Of a stretch of 64,000 nucleotides of DNA, positions 48,962 to 58,896 are shown one piece after another. The DNA lies in NCBI GenBank assembly GCA_044376115.1, contig JBILLK010000005.1, positions 192,001-256,000 of the forward strand, written 5' to 3'. How positions within the stretch are numbered: the stretch's first letter is position 1; each line of letters begins with the position of its first letter. The translations under genes were made by a program, and so were the position numbers. Below the pieces are notes generated by a model. The model was not told the origin of the DNA, did not search any database, and was given only the letters and a program-made list of their open reading frames with translations. The DNA comes from Polyangiaceae bacterium. Lineage in GTDB: Bacteria > Myxococcota_A > Polyangia > Polyangiales > Polyangiaceae.

Positions 48962-50305
48962 ATGGCTCGTTCGCTTACTGTGCTTCTCCTGGGCTTTGCT
49001 GTCGCAGCATGTGCCGATGATGCAACCACGAGTGCCGGCGGTAGCACTGCAGGAAGCGGTGGTCTCGGAGGAGAGCCCGTCACCGGCGGTGCAGGTGGTA
49101 TTGCCGGCGGCGGCGGCACCGCCGGCGGTGAAGCGGGCGCAGGTGGTGCCGTAACGACCGGTGGTGCGGGTGGTTTTGGCGGCAGTGGCGGCGGTATCGC
49201 GCTTTTGCCGCCGCCGTGTCCTCCCGGCGCCCTCGAGCTCGCGGTGGATCTCGCCTGCGACGGCGTCGGCCCAACGCCGACTGCCGCACTCTTGACGGAG
49301 GTCAACGGGGTGATTCGCGGAGAGGTCTTCGGCGGGTTGAGCGAGCTTTCCCAGGCGACTTGCATGCCGGTCCGAACGTGCGCCCCTGACTCCGGTCCAA
49401 CCCTCCTGTTTTCAGACGAGCCGGAATACGTCGATAGCGACGGTGTACTCTACGCCGATGAGGTGGATACAGGTCGCTATCGAGTATACGTCTATCACGT
49501 TAATGACGGCTCAGAGCGGCGCCGGTTCACTGCCGTGGCTCTCAATCAGACCGCTGTGCCGGTCACGTTCACGGTAGAGAAACTTGCCTTCGCAGCGCCC
49601 TCCGCGGACTTTCTGAGCGTTGGAAGGACGGTGGCCCGGGACTTTCTTGATGCCCCGGGAAAACCGACAGTGACGGTACCACCCATGACCCGCGTGGTCG
49701 TGGACGCAGAGCTGGATAGTCTCGTCGCTGATAGCGGGGAGCTGGTTCACAGTATCTTTCAGGTCAATGTTATAGGTGCCCTCAAGATATCAATCGTAAG
49801 TGTTCCCGAGGCGGCCAACGCCGCGACATTGACGGCAAGTTTAGGCCTGCTACCAAACAGCGGTATACACACTCGCGGAACGTTCCCGCTCGCTGACCGT
49901 ATCCTAATGACTCGCTTTCCTGGCGGGCTCAAGCGACTGCGACTGGGTGGTGACGAGCCGACGGACCCACATCTCTCGGGTACGAGCTATGTCGATGGCA
50001 TGCCAGTTACTTTGGCTGGGAACTTCGGCATGCTCTATGAGGTTCGAATCGCCGAGCCCGCGGAGGAGTTGTTCTTAGCGGTCAATCCGCGTGCGGGGGT
50101 TTGGGCTGGAGCGGCCAGTGGTAGCGCTGGACTCGATGGGAATGGGGGAAACTATCTACTACCGTCGCAGGGGACCTCGGTGGCATTGAATAGCGAGGCT
50201 GTCTCCTTGGGGCGCTACACGTCTGGGATTGGTGTTGCGAGCAAGCTCCTAACGGCCGGAGGCTCCAACCTACCTATCCATCTCGTCGTAGGTCCCTTGC
50301 AGTAG
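48962..50305 (+). CDS. hypothetical lipoprotein
   Basis: VAA-C lipobox, Gly tether, beta-rich domain LLFSDEPEYV..DGVLY...YVYHVN. Confidence 0.8.
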   Translation: MARSLTVLLLGFAVAACADDATTSAGGSTAGSGGLGGEPVTGGAGGIAGGGGTAGGEAGAGGAVTTGGAGGFGGSGGGIALLPPPCPPGALELAVDLACDGVGPTPTAALLTEVNGVIRGEVFGGLSELSQATCMPVRTCAPDSGPTLLFSDEPEYVDSDGVLYADEVDTGRYRVYVYHVNDGSERRRFTAVALNQTAVPVTFTVEKLAFAAPSADFLSVGRTVARDFLDAPGKPTVTVPPMTRVVVDAELDSLVADSGELVHSIFQVNVIGALKISIVSVPEAANAATLTASLGLLPNSGIHTRGTFPLADRILMTRFPGGLKRLRLGGDEPTDPHLSGTSYVDGMPVTLAGNFGMLYEVRIAEPAEELFLAVNPRAGVWAGAASGSAGLDGNGGNYLLPSQGTSVALNSEAVSLGRYTSGIGVASKLLTAGGSNLPIHLVVGPLQ

Positions 50306-50333
50306 GCGGACGTACTTTGTCCTAGGACATACT

Positions 50334-50603
50334 ATGGCACTTCTCGCCGCCCCACTTTGGTTTCAAATCGTATGCATGCACAAGACGCAGACCGCCCAAC
50401 TAGCGCTTCTCGATCTGCCCGTAGCTGAGCCGGCGCCGCGACGCCGTCGGGATCGCATGAGCCCCGAGATGACCGTAAAACACTGCCAAGAGCTACTTGC
50501 GGCGCTCGATCGAGCTCAACAGAACCAAGCCGAGCGCCTGGCGAACCTGTTTGAAGCTGCGTTGCGGTCTGGGGCCGAGGCAAAGCGTGAGAGCGCCGCG
50601 TAG
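50334..50603 (+). CDS. small hypothetical protein
   Basis: 89-aa ORF filling the gap, helical; start uncertain. Confidence 0.45.
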   Translation: MALLAAPLWFQIVCMHKTQTAQLALLDLPVAEPAPRRRRDRMSPEMTVKHCQELLAALDRAQQNQAERLANLFEAALRSGAEAKRESAA

Positions 50604-50622
50604 TGGCCCGGCTCTACCAATG

Positions 50623-50653
50623 AAAAGGCCTGCAGCTGAAATGGCTGCAGGCC
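50623..50653 (-). terminator. intrinsic terminator (U-tract on the minus strand)
   Basis: AAAA-GGCCTGCAGC-7 nt-GCTGCAGGCC between convergent genes. Confidence 0.7.
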
Positions 50654-50679
50654 CCGCGTTCACGGATGGAGAGTAAGGG

Positions 50680-51798
50680 CTACGCGCGAATCAAGGACGC
50701 GCCGTCCCCTTGTTGCGCGGCCTTTACGAGCTGATGCTCGCGAACCCAGCTCGCTTGGTACTCGCGAACGATGACCTGGTTCTTGACGTTGCTCTCATTC
50801 TTCTCGACTCGGCCGAGCTCCTCCATCTGTCGACGAAGCTCGTCCAACTTGTCGAGCAAAACTGCGAGTTGCTGCAAGTTCACGCTTGTTCGATCTTTGC
50901 CTGCGAAACCGTCCCGATACTCCTGAAACAGCTCATTCGCTGCCCCACCAAGTACGCCCATGATTTCAGCCAAGGGCACGGACTTGCGCACGCTGCGGAT
51001 CTCAACGAGCTCCTGCTCATACGCCTTGATCCGCCCGTCAACGATGCCAATGTTCCCGTCGTTGGAGGCCGACTTTAGGCCCTTGCTCTTCAGGTCAAAC
51101 ATTGCGGTGCGGTAGCGCTTGAGGTTCTCCACAAGCCGAACCAAAAGCTGCGGGCGACGCGAAACCCGGGACTGCCCAGCAAAGAATGTTTGGTAAAGCG
51201 CGAACTGTTGATTGGCCAGGAAGGCCCAGCGATTCGCCTGCTCCTCTGTGGTCCCGGTCAGTTGGGCTTTGGGGATCTCGCGCTCTTCGATCTGGTAGCG
51301 GGAGATGCTGCTTTCAACGAGCTCAAGGTCCTTGTCGAGCGGGGAGGGCAGATTCTTCCCGCCGATCGCGCTCATGCGCTTCTTGATCTGGCGAAGTTCC
51401 TCAACAAGCTCCTTGAGCAGACCAAGATCGCGCGTGTCCCGACCTTGTCCCGCGAAGTAGCGATTGTAGCGGTCAAAAACGAAGTTCGCGGCTGCGCCCT
51501 CCGCGCTGAACTTCTCAAAGTTGGGACCAAGCGCCCGGGCGGCGCGCACCAGCACGAGCTCACGCTCATAGAGCGACTTGCGGTCCGTTAGCGACCGCAA
51601 GACCACCGGAGCTTGATCACCCCCGGTGAGCGCGCCGATTTTGGCGAGTTCAGCCATGAGGCCGTCAACCTGCTTGAGGAACTGCTCCAACCCTTCGGGA
51701 TTGACTGAGTGCCTATCTTTGCCCGAATAGCCTTCTTCGTAGGCCTTATCCAAGGCTAGGGCGTTGGTTTCAATCTCCTCGAGCGTCATATCAGCCAT
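50680..51798 (-). CDS. all-helical protein with four internal repeats
   Basis: Repeated Y-xxx-(F/Y)-(A/S)-G-(Q/K)-x-R motif four times. Confidence 0.85.
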   Translation of the reverse strand: MADMTLEEIETNALALDKAYEEGYSGKDRHSVNPEGLEQFLKQVDGLMAELAKIGALTGGDQAPVVLRSLTDRKSLYERELVLVRAARALGPNFEKFSAEGAAANFVFDRYNRYFAGQGRDTRDLGLLKELVEELRQIKKRMSAIGGKNLPSPLDKDLELVESSISRYQIEEREIPKAQLTGTTEEQANRWAFLANQQFALYQTFFAGQSRVSRRPQLLVRLVENLKRYRTAMFDLKSKGLKSASNDGNIGIVDGRIKAYEQELVEIRSVRKSVPLAEIMGVLGGAANELFQEYRDGFAGKDRTSVNLQQLAVLLDKLDELRRQMEELGRVEKNESNVKNQVIVREYQASWVREHQLVKAAQQGDGASLIRA

Positions 51799-51885
51799 GG
51801 GGGCCCATCTAACGCGTCCCCGGTCCGCCTGCCAGGGGCTCCCTACTTTTTTCAACCAAAGATGGGCGCTACGAACAGATTTGCG

Positions 51886-53052
51886 TCAGTTGGGCCGTGG
51901 GCCTTGCAGGAGCGCAGACAGCGCGTTCTCGTCGCAGCCGTACTTGGCGCTGACGGCGCTTCCAAGCGTTACCGTGCGAACGCCATCGCGCGCCATCTGG
52001 CGGAGGCTGTGCTCCAGCGCATCGGGGCGCATGTAGTCATGGATCAGTACCACCCCACCCTGTCTCGTTCCCTTGGCAAGATTCTCGGTAAGGAACCCAA
52101 AGTCACTACGCTTCTCGGGGACGGTGTCACCTGAGGCTGAGTGCCACATTACGTTCATCATCTTGAGTCTAGCTAATGCTCTATCGTAGAGCGCGATTCC
52201 AGCCGAGCCATCGTGCTCGACGTAAGGGCCGCCACCCGGTGGACGGGAGTAGATAACGCGATAGGGGCGACTCCCCGCAGAGTAGCCTGCCTGTACCAAT
52301 TCGCTTGCGTGTCGACTTCGATAGGTTTCCCAATGCTTCCGAAGCGTGCTCCCTGAAAGCCAAGTTGAGGGCGAGCTGTCGAAAACTCGAGTGAAGCGTA
52401 GGTCAAAGTCATCGGGCGAAACAGCGAGTAGCGCGATGTCGATGAGGATCGCCGTGACTTCGTGCTGGGCCACGATGTCTTCGATCGTCGCCTCGGGGGT
52501 CGCGACGTTCGTCATGTGAACATTGTGGCTGTAGGAGTGAGAGCCAAGTGCGTGACCCTCCGCAACCATTTGTTGAACCATAGAGTAGGTATCCCGAGAG
52601 ATGTTTCGGCCAACCAAGAAGAACGTGGCTTTCCTACCGTGCCGCGCCAGCAGTTTAAGTACCGAGGGCGTTGCCGTGGGATGCGGCCCATCGTCGAAGG
52701 TGAGAGCGACCTCTCCTTTGGGGCCGGCGTCGGTTCGATAGAGCCCGTAGAATCCGCGCTCGCTTCGCGCGTCCGTGCAGGTGGAGGGAGCGGTTAGCAA
52801 CGGTGGACTGGGCGTGTCCTGGAACGAAGCCGTTTCGTAGATCGTCGGCGGAGCTGTTGAGAACACCGGCCGCTGCGGGGCGTCGACAGGGCGAACCTCG
52901 AGCAATGGTCGGCCGAGCGAATGACCGCGGTCCGCGGGTGAGTGCCCGACGCATCCACAGACGGCAATCAAGAATCCCCAGACGGCGAAGAGCTTGTTCA
53001 CGCCCCCCCTACCAGAAAGCGTGACGCCACTTCGCCTTCTGTATCGTCGCAT
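51886..53052 (-). CDS. polysaccharide deacetylase (CE4/NodB) family, probable lipoprotein
   Basis: LTFDDGP, ATFFLVG, GSHSYSH, RPPGG, VLIHD; true start probably downstream of 53052. Confidence 0.88.
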   Translation of the reverse strand: MRRYRRRSGVTLSGRGGVNKLFAVWGFLIAVCGCVGHSPADRGHSLGRPLLEVRPVDAPQRPVFSTAPPTIYETASFQDTPSPPLLTAPSTCTDARSERGFYGLYRTDAGPKGEVALTFDDGPHPTATPSVLKLLARHGRKATFFLVGRNISRDTYSMVQQMVAEGHALGSHSYSHNVHMTNVATPEATIEDIVAQHEVTAILIDIALLAVSPDDFDLRFTRVFDSSPSTWLSGSTLRKHWETYRSRHASELVQAGYSAGSRPYRVIYSRPPGGGPYVEHDGSAGIALYDRALARLKMMNVMWHSASGDTVPEKRSDFGFLTENLAKGTRQGGVVLIHDYMRPDALEHSLRQMARDGVRTVTLGSAVSAKYGCDENALSALLQGPRPN

Positions 53053-53116
53053 GACGGGAGGTCACGCCTGTCACGGTTTGGCGTAGAGAGGGACGGAGTT
53101 CCGCGCAGCCACGCCC

Positions 53117-53776
53117 ATGCACCTCGAAACAGAAAGCGACAGCCAGCTACTAGCTCGTATCTCGCGGCAAGCTACGGAGCCAACGGCTGCGCGAACTGCA
53201 CAGTCGGTGTTCTATTCGCGTCATGTGCGGTTCCTTTACGGCTTGTTGTTGCGCCGCAAGACCGACTTGTTGTCGCTAGCCGGACTCTCTGCAGAGGATT
53301 TGGTGCAGGAGACCTTCCATCGAGCTTTTGAACGGGCCCACACCTTCCAAGCCGCCGAGGACCTCGACGCCGCGCGAGCTCTTGCAAGGACGAGGGCCTG
53401 GTTATCACGCGTGGCAACGAACCTGCTTGCCGACCAATTGCATAGACTGAGAGAAATCTCGGCGACTCCGTACTTGGAGCGAGTCTCGTGCGACGCGATC
53501 GATGAACAAGCTCCATCGTCCCGCCCGTCGCGCGTCGATCTCGTTGCACAGGGGCTCGAAGAACTCACTGAGCGTGAGCAAGATGTGCTTCGTGTATCGG
53601 CCCTGTACTTCAAAGCAGGTGAGGAACACAACCGACTCCCCAATGCAGTATCTGCCGACCTTGCTCAGCGCTGGCAGACCACCAATGAAAATATTCGCGC
53701 GGTTCGGGCACGTGCCATGAAGAAGCTAAAAGCCTTTCTAACCGCAAAGGGATTGGGCACGGAGGAGGTTTCGTGA
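53117..53776 (+). CDS. ECF RNA polymerase sigma factor
   Basis: AEDLVQETFHRAF...AWLSRVATN region 2; LTEREQDVL...NIRAVRARAMKKL region 4. Confidence 0.88.
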   Translation: MHLETESDSQLLARISRQATEPTAARTAQSVFYSRHVRFLYGLLLRRKTDLLSLAGLSAEDLVQETFHRAFERAHTFQAAEDLDAARALARTRAWLSRVATNLLADQLHRLREISATPYLERVSCDAIDEQAPSSRPSRVDLVAQGLEELTEREQDVLRVSALYFKAGEEHNRLPNAVSADLAQRWQTTNENIRAVRARAMKKLKAFLTAKGLGTEEVS

Positions 53777-54897
53777 AGGACAACGATTTGCCTGAGGCGT
53801 CCGAAAACTTGGAGGCGCTGGTTGCGCAGGCGCTTGTCCGCCGAGGCGAGCTGATGCCGACGACGAGCGAGGAGGTAGCGCAACTCGAGCAGGGCGGTAT
53901 CGCTTTCGAGGGCGAACTCCCGCTCGCGCTGCGCGAATACAATCCGACAACGAAACAACCTTCGTCGCGGGCCGCGGGCCGCCTTCCACAAGCGAGCCCG
54001 CGAAGGGCGTGGGGGGCCATGGCTGCTACTTTTGTTGCAGGTGCGGCGGTAGCCGCAACGGCGCTGCTCCTGCTCCGTCCGCGGCCGCCGGTTCAAGCTT
54101 CGAGTGAGCCTGCGGGCGTGGCTACAACGGCAAGCCCAGCGGCCCCTGACCAAGCTCCAGTACTTGTGATTCCACCGCTCAGTCGTTGCGGTAAAGATTG
54201 CTGCGCTGGGGCCGACTGTGAAACCGCGAAGTCTGACTTAACGAGCTGTCCAACGGGTCGTACTTGTGTTGGCTGCCAGGACTTCTCGGGTCGAGACAGC
54301 GCCTACCGCTTGCGCCTCGGAAACTTCCGCTCCAGCGACTCGGTCGACCCGAAGTCGCTTGAGGCGCTTGATGTGTGCGTGCGTACCGGTGGTTCACCTT
54401 GGTCGTGCGAACCGGCATACCAGGACGCGGTGGCGCGACCCATGGGACGGCTACTAACAACGATATCGCGCGCGGAGGACTTGATCTCTTCGGTCGAGAT
54501 TGAGCTCCGCTTGAGAGGTGCGAGCAAAGCCTATGGGGCTTGGCGTTCCGGCATCAAGTTGGGGCCCAATGTGATGTGCAAAGGGCTTGGGGTGGTACTC
54601 GAAGACGATAGCGGGCGTGATCTCGGCGGGCTCTCAGTCTTTCTGGAAGACGTCTTTTATGTGGAATTGGCTAGGGCAGCGAGCGCCGAAGAGCTGTTGC
54701 AGAAAAAACGCTCGATCCAATTCGCTGACCTCGAGGCAACCGTAATCGCAACGACAGCGAACGATGAGCAACGCTACGTTCTAGCGCTTGGGCCGTTTGA
54801 TCGCGAACTGGCCGAGCGGGTCCAGTTGGAGATGGCTGCGAATTCGCTAGGAGCTAGCGTAACCCTGGGGGCGGACTACCGACTGGGGCGGCTGTAG
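53773..54897 (+). CDS. putative anti-sigma factor (TM, Cys-rich and SPOR-like periplasmic part)
   Basis: GTGA overlap with the sigma gene; single TM; CGKDCCAGADC...CPTGRTCVGC; C-terminal YVLALGPFDRELAE. Confidence 0.65.
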   Translation: MKDNDLPEASENLEALVAQALVRRGELMPTTSEEVAQLEQGGIAFEGELPLALREYNPTTKQPSSRAAGRLPQASPRRAWGAMAATFVAGAAVAATALLLLRPRPPVQASSEPAGVATTASPAAPDQAPVLVIPPLSRCGKDCCAGADCETAKSDLTSCPTGRTCVGCQDFSGRDSAYRLRLGNFRSSDSVDPKSLEALDVCVRTGGSPWSCEPAYQDAVARPMGRLLTTISRAEDLISSVEIELRLRGASKAYGAWRSGIKLGPNVMCKGLGVVLEDDSGRDLGGLSVFLEDVFYVELARAASAEELLQKKRSIQFADLEATVIATTANDEQRYVLALGPFDRELAERVQLEMAANSLGASVTLGADYRLGRL

Positions 54898-54898
54898 C

Positions 54899-57301
54899 TC
54901 ATTGCCCAACTGGCCTTTCGAACGCAGAAACTACGATGGGATTGGTAAAGGCGAAGGGCATCACTCCGCGACGAAACGCGATCTCTACTTCTTTGGAACC
55001 GCTTGCGACGGCAATGAGTGAGTCCCCCGCTGCGACCTCTACCTCCGCTTCCAATTCAGCTCTGTGGGCGCCCTTTGGGAACGGCGCATTCGACGTGGCG
55101 ACCACCTTTCCTGAATTGACCAACTCCAAAAGCGAGACGTCTACGTAGGGCGCTGCGTCTACCTGAATTCTTACCCGATGCTTGCCTGGGGGAACGCGCT
55201 GGCCTGGGCCTTTCCCGTCGATCTCGAAGCGGATGAAAGGTCCGCTCGTAACAGTGACGGCGCGTGCATGGAGCGACTCGATGAATTCCCGCTCGACGAA
55301 GGCTTTGGGCGCGTCGTCATTCATCCGAACATAGGTGCGCGGAAGCCCAGGCTCATGGAAAACGGCTCGATGCGAGTCGCTGTTACCCGTGGCGGTGAGC
55401 GGGATTCCCGCCCGCTCCAGCGCAATCCAGTCCTTCATCACGCTTTGAACGTTACCGATGGCCGAGAGGTCATCACCGTTGAAAACCTCGATGGTGTCAA
55501 AATTAAGTGGTAAGGCTGGGTTGCGCCTTCGAAACCCAACGACGTCCTCGCGGTCGAAGCGGGCCATATCAAAGTAGCCGATGTCCCCCATCCTTGGATG
55601 GTTAATCTGCGCAATGGTCAGCGGACCATAGGGCTGCTGCTGCTTCGCCTCGATGAGTAGCTCCAGCGGATTGGTATGCTTGTACCTGAGCGGTGCAGCC
55701 GTTGGGAGCAGCGGGAAAACGTTGAAGTGGCCAAAGAGCGAGTCCTCGGTGGTGACCTCCACCCCGATGATGGTGTTTACTTCTGATTCGAGGCCAAGGG
55801 CTTCGATCGCGGGCTTGTAGTCTGTAACGCGATTGTGATCAGTCGCAACGCCCACCTCAACCCCCGCTGCTGCAAGCGAGATGACTCGGTCTTCGAGTGT
55901 TTGGGGTGCGTCGGGACTGGGGGCCGCATGCAGATGAAGATCGGAGGAAATCCATCCGACTGTGTCGACGACGCGTTCAAGTTCTGCGGATACGTGGGAA
56001 CGCTGATTGGCGACTACCGTAATCGTCCTGTCGACGGCGGTGTACTCGATACCGCGGTCGACGATGACGCGATATTCTCCAGGCGGGAGCTTGTGGCTGG
56101 CAACGCCAGTAGGCGCATAGGCGACGTTTAGTGCCGCGCCGTTGTCTGGGTCCTCGCCCCAATCAGGATCCTTGGTAGTTCCCAGCCCCCGAAACTGGAC
56201 CCGCACAGGGATGGGCTTCCCTCTTTCGGTTGCAACCACGGAGACCCGCCCCGATGGGAGTAATGTCGCCTTGCTTACCTCTTCAAAGCTCGTCCACGTC
56301 CCCTCGGGACTTCCCGGCGCCCAAAGTTTACCCTCATAACATCCGACTGGCGCTTCAAGCTTTTCTCCTCGAGCGAAGCGAGCAAAGGGTTTGCGCGGCT
56401 CTGACTCCGTTGCACAGGATGCCACTTCAACCGTTCCACCTGGGGGGAGCTTGGGAGGCTCCGCAACTTGAAAGCTGTTCGGCTGGTACAGCTTAGCGGC
56501 TGTGTTTCCTATCGAGCCGCTGCTCGTTGCAAGAAAGAGCGTGCGTCTGAAGCCTGACGAGCTCGAGGCGAAGGTGAGCTCACTGCCTCGCGCTTGGCCA
56601 AAGTACCCAGGGAGGAAAGGATGGCCAACCCGGACCATACTTGCTTCGTCGCCGAAGGAGACGACGTAGGAAAGCTCTTTCCCTTGGCGTCCGAGAAACT
56701 TGGTAGAGAATGTTCCCCCGCTATTGCGTAGAAAGCCACGACCTTCCAACCAGGTAGGCGCGTTTCCCCAGCCAAGCCGCTCGCCAAGGCCGATCGCCAT
56801 ACCCTCCGCCGCCGTTGAGTCCGGGGTTACTAAGGAATCAATGACCAATACCTGATTGCGGAAGGTGTAATACGTATGGAGCGTGACTGGTAGGTAGGCT
56901 GGCCGCTGCTCGACGTGCAAAATCCCGGGGTGCGCGGGCGGTGAAGATATTGCAATTAGCGCCGTACGAATGGGGGAGGGGCCATCAAAGAGAGAAGGCG
57001 TGATCGCAACGATCTCGTCGAAGCCCCCCTCGGGAGCAAAGTCCAAGAGGGCGCCCGATTCGGCGGATACAACTGCGATGACGCCATCACTGGCGAGGAC
57101 GAAGTCACCCCCTTTTGCCTCGACCTGCGGCCCGCGAAGCGCTAGCGCGGCTCGATCTTGTAGTCTCGAGACCTGTGCCTGCCCCTCCGGCGGTGCAGGA
57201 TCCTTCGGTTGGTTCGCCTTGGGGCTGGTGGTGGGCGACGCGCAGGCAACAGTCAAGAGAGCACTCGCTGCCCATACAGGAGATCTGAACCGGCTCATCA
57301 C
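54899..57301 (-). CDS. CehA/McbA-like PHP metallohydrolase lipoprotein
   Basis: TVA-C lipobox; DLHLH, ATDHN, GVEVT, GHFN, NHPR, GNSDSH. Confidence 0.88.
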   Translation of the reverse strand: MMSRFRSPVWAASALLTVACASPTTSPKANQPKDPAPPEGQAQVSRLQDRAALALRGPQVEAKGGDFVLASDGVIAVVSAESGALLDFAPEGGFDEIVAITPSLFDGPSPIRTALIAISSPPAHPGILHVEQRPAYLPVTLHTYYTFRNQVLVIDSLVTPDSTAAEGMAIGLGERLGWGNAPTWLEGRGFLRNSGGTFSTKFLGRQGKELSYVVSFGDEASMVRVGHPFLPGYFGQARGSELTFASSSSGFRRTLFLATSSGSIGNTAAKLYQPNSFQVAEPPKLPPGGTVEVASCATESEPRKPFARFARGEKLEAPVGCYEGKLWAPGSPEGTWTSFEEVSKATLLPSGRVSVVATERGKPIPVRVQFRGLGTTKDPDWGEDPDNGAALNVAYAPTGVASHKLPPGEYRVIVDRGIEYTAVDRTITVVANQRSHVSAELERVVDTVGWISSDLHLHAAPSPDAPQTLEDRVISLAAAGVEVGVATDHNRVTDYKPAIEALGLESEVNTIIGVEVTTEDSLFGHFNVFPLLPTAAPLRYKHTNPLELLIEAKQQQPYGPLTIAQINHPRMGDIGYFDMARFDREDVVGFRRRNPALPLNFDTIEVFNGDDLSAIGNVQSVMKDWIALERAGIPLTATGNSDSHRAVFHEPGLPRTYVRMNDDAPKAFVEREFIESLHARAVTVTSGPFIRFEIDGKGPGQRVPPGKHRVRIQVDAAPYVDVSLLELVNSGKVVATSNAPFPKGAHRAELEAEVEVAAGDSLIAVASGSKEVEIAFRRGVMPFAFTNPIVVSAFERPVGQ

Positions 57302-58896
57302 GACTGAGCACGATCGAGGAGCGCCAGCATGGGCGCGAGCTGGCCTGGCGGAGTCAGCTCAAGTTGTTGTTTCCATCGTCGCTCTATCAGCCGCCAGCCG
57401 AGCTCAGTCAAACCTTCCGAGCGAAGCAGTTCTCGGCGATCTTCCCCACGCCAAAGCCGACCGCAGATCTGGGCGAAGCGCTCAAAGGTGACCCCGTCGA
57501 TCTTGAGCTGAGTTCCGCTCTCGACGTCAGCGGCGGCAAATGCACTTGGCATCGTCCTAGGGAACTGTAGTGGGCTAACGGCTTGGTCTGGCGCGATAGC
57601 CGCTTTGGGGGCTGGGCTCGGCGCAAGGTATGTGACGGCGGGATAGGGTGGGGGAGCCTGCAGGGGGGGCTGTTGAGCAGGCTCGGGCATGGGGCCAGGC
57701 GGGAGGGTATCGGCGATCGGGGGAAGCGTGTCGGAGACCGCGGGCACGGAGGCGGGATACTGGCCGCTAACCGCAGGAACCGGCAGACCCTCGGGGGCTC
57801 GAGTAAACGGTAAGGGGTTTGGCGCTATTGGGTCTGGCAAAGCGCTCGGCGCATTCGACTGCGTAAACGGTAGTGCGTTATGGGGCACGCCCCCCAACAC
57901 CGTTCGGCTTGGCTTTCGATTGAACGGTAAGGCGTTATCGCCGAGTAGAGGGTTAGGGGAGAGTCTAGTGACCTCCGCATGCTCTTCGAGACGTCTTAAT
58001 TTTGGCAGGGTTGCGTCGTCTTGGTCTGAGTCCACCGGCGCCTCGTGGGAATCGAACGGCCCTTGCGCAAGTGCTGTAGAAAGTGGGCCCGCAGCAAAGG
58101 TGTCTTCGTGGTAGGGCGATGGTCCAACGGGTTGTCGATCGATGGTCTCATCATCGGCTACCGAACGAGATACCCGCTTTGGCGGAGGAACGGACGGTGT
58201 GCCAGCCGGAAACGAGGCTGTGTAACGTGGCCAACCTGTTCGCGCCTCGGTGAAGGGGACGGCTTGGAACGGCTGCGAGTCTACGACAGCTATGACATGC
58301 TGTTCGATGTCTCCGACGTAGTGAAATTGACCGCGCATGACCAGCTCGGCCGTATCTCGCATAGGGTCGAGCAAGATCCCATCGAGCTGCAGCTGGACTT
58401 CACTTGGGGAATGCCAGTCATTGCGTATCACCAAAGCAGCCGACAAAACAGGTCCACTAAGGGTCAGCTGTGCATGAAACCCGTGACCCATAACTTCAAG
58501 CCGTAAGGGGTACTCTGGTCTAGTAAGTTGCTGATTGGGCCTTGCGAAGGAGCCCTTGCGTCCCGCAACAGGCTCTTCAACAGGGCCTAGCTGCCTTGTT
58601 GTTTCAACGTGATGGGCAAACGGTCCGACGCGCAATCGGATTGGCCCTGAGACTGCGAGCGTTGCGCCAGCGATGATGACGTCGCAGGAAGACTTCGTCT
58701 CTTGGTAGTCAGTCGGAAATGTGAGGTTCGAGTGCTGATCGTAGACTGCTGCGCGAAGCGGCGCTTGCGTTGCTGCCCAGCGGGCGGGGCCCGCGGATAG
58801 GGCAAATGACGCCTTGGTTACCAAGGTATAGTATCCGATCCTCTGGGTGGACCTAACGACACCCACGGGAAAGGGCAGCCTCCGAGCGACGAGCAC
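57298..58896 (-). CDS. degenerate DUF2169-domain protein with Pro-rich linker
   Basis: TLVTKASFAL...QAPL...PTDYQETKSSCDVIIAG and LDGILLD...ELVMRG; C-terminal helical domain LTELGWRLIERRW. Confidence 0.7.
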   Translation of the reverse strand: MLVARRLPFPVGVVRSTQRIGYYTLVTKASFALSAGPARWAATQAPLRAAVYDQHSNLTFPTDYQETKSSCDVIIAGATLAVSGPIRLRVGPFAHHVETTRQLGPVEEPVAGRKGSFARPNQQLTRPEYPLRLEVMGHGFHAQLTLSGPVLSAALVIRNDWHSPSEVQLQLDGILLDPMRDTAELVMRGQFHYVGDIEQHVIAVVDSQPFQAVPFTEARTGWPRYTASFPAGTPSVPPPKRVSRSVADDETIDRQPVGPSPYHEDTFAAGPLSTALAQGPFDSHEAPVDSDQDDATLPKLRRLEEHAEVTRLSPNPLLGDNALPFNRKPSRTVLGGVPHNALPFTQSNAPSALPDPIAPNPLPFTRAPEGLPVPAVSGQYPASVPAVSDTLPPIADTLPPGPMPEPAQQPPLQAPPPYPAVTYLAPSPAPKAAIAPDQAVSPLQFPRTMPSAFAAADVESGTQLKIDGVTFERFAQICGRLWRGEDRRELLRSEGLTELGWRLIERRWKQQLELTPPGQLAPMLALLDRAQS

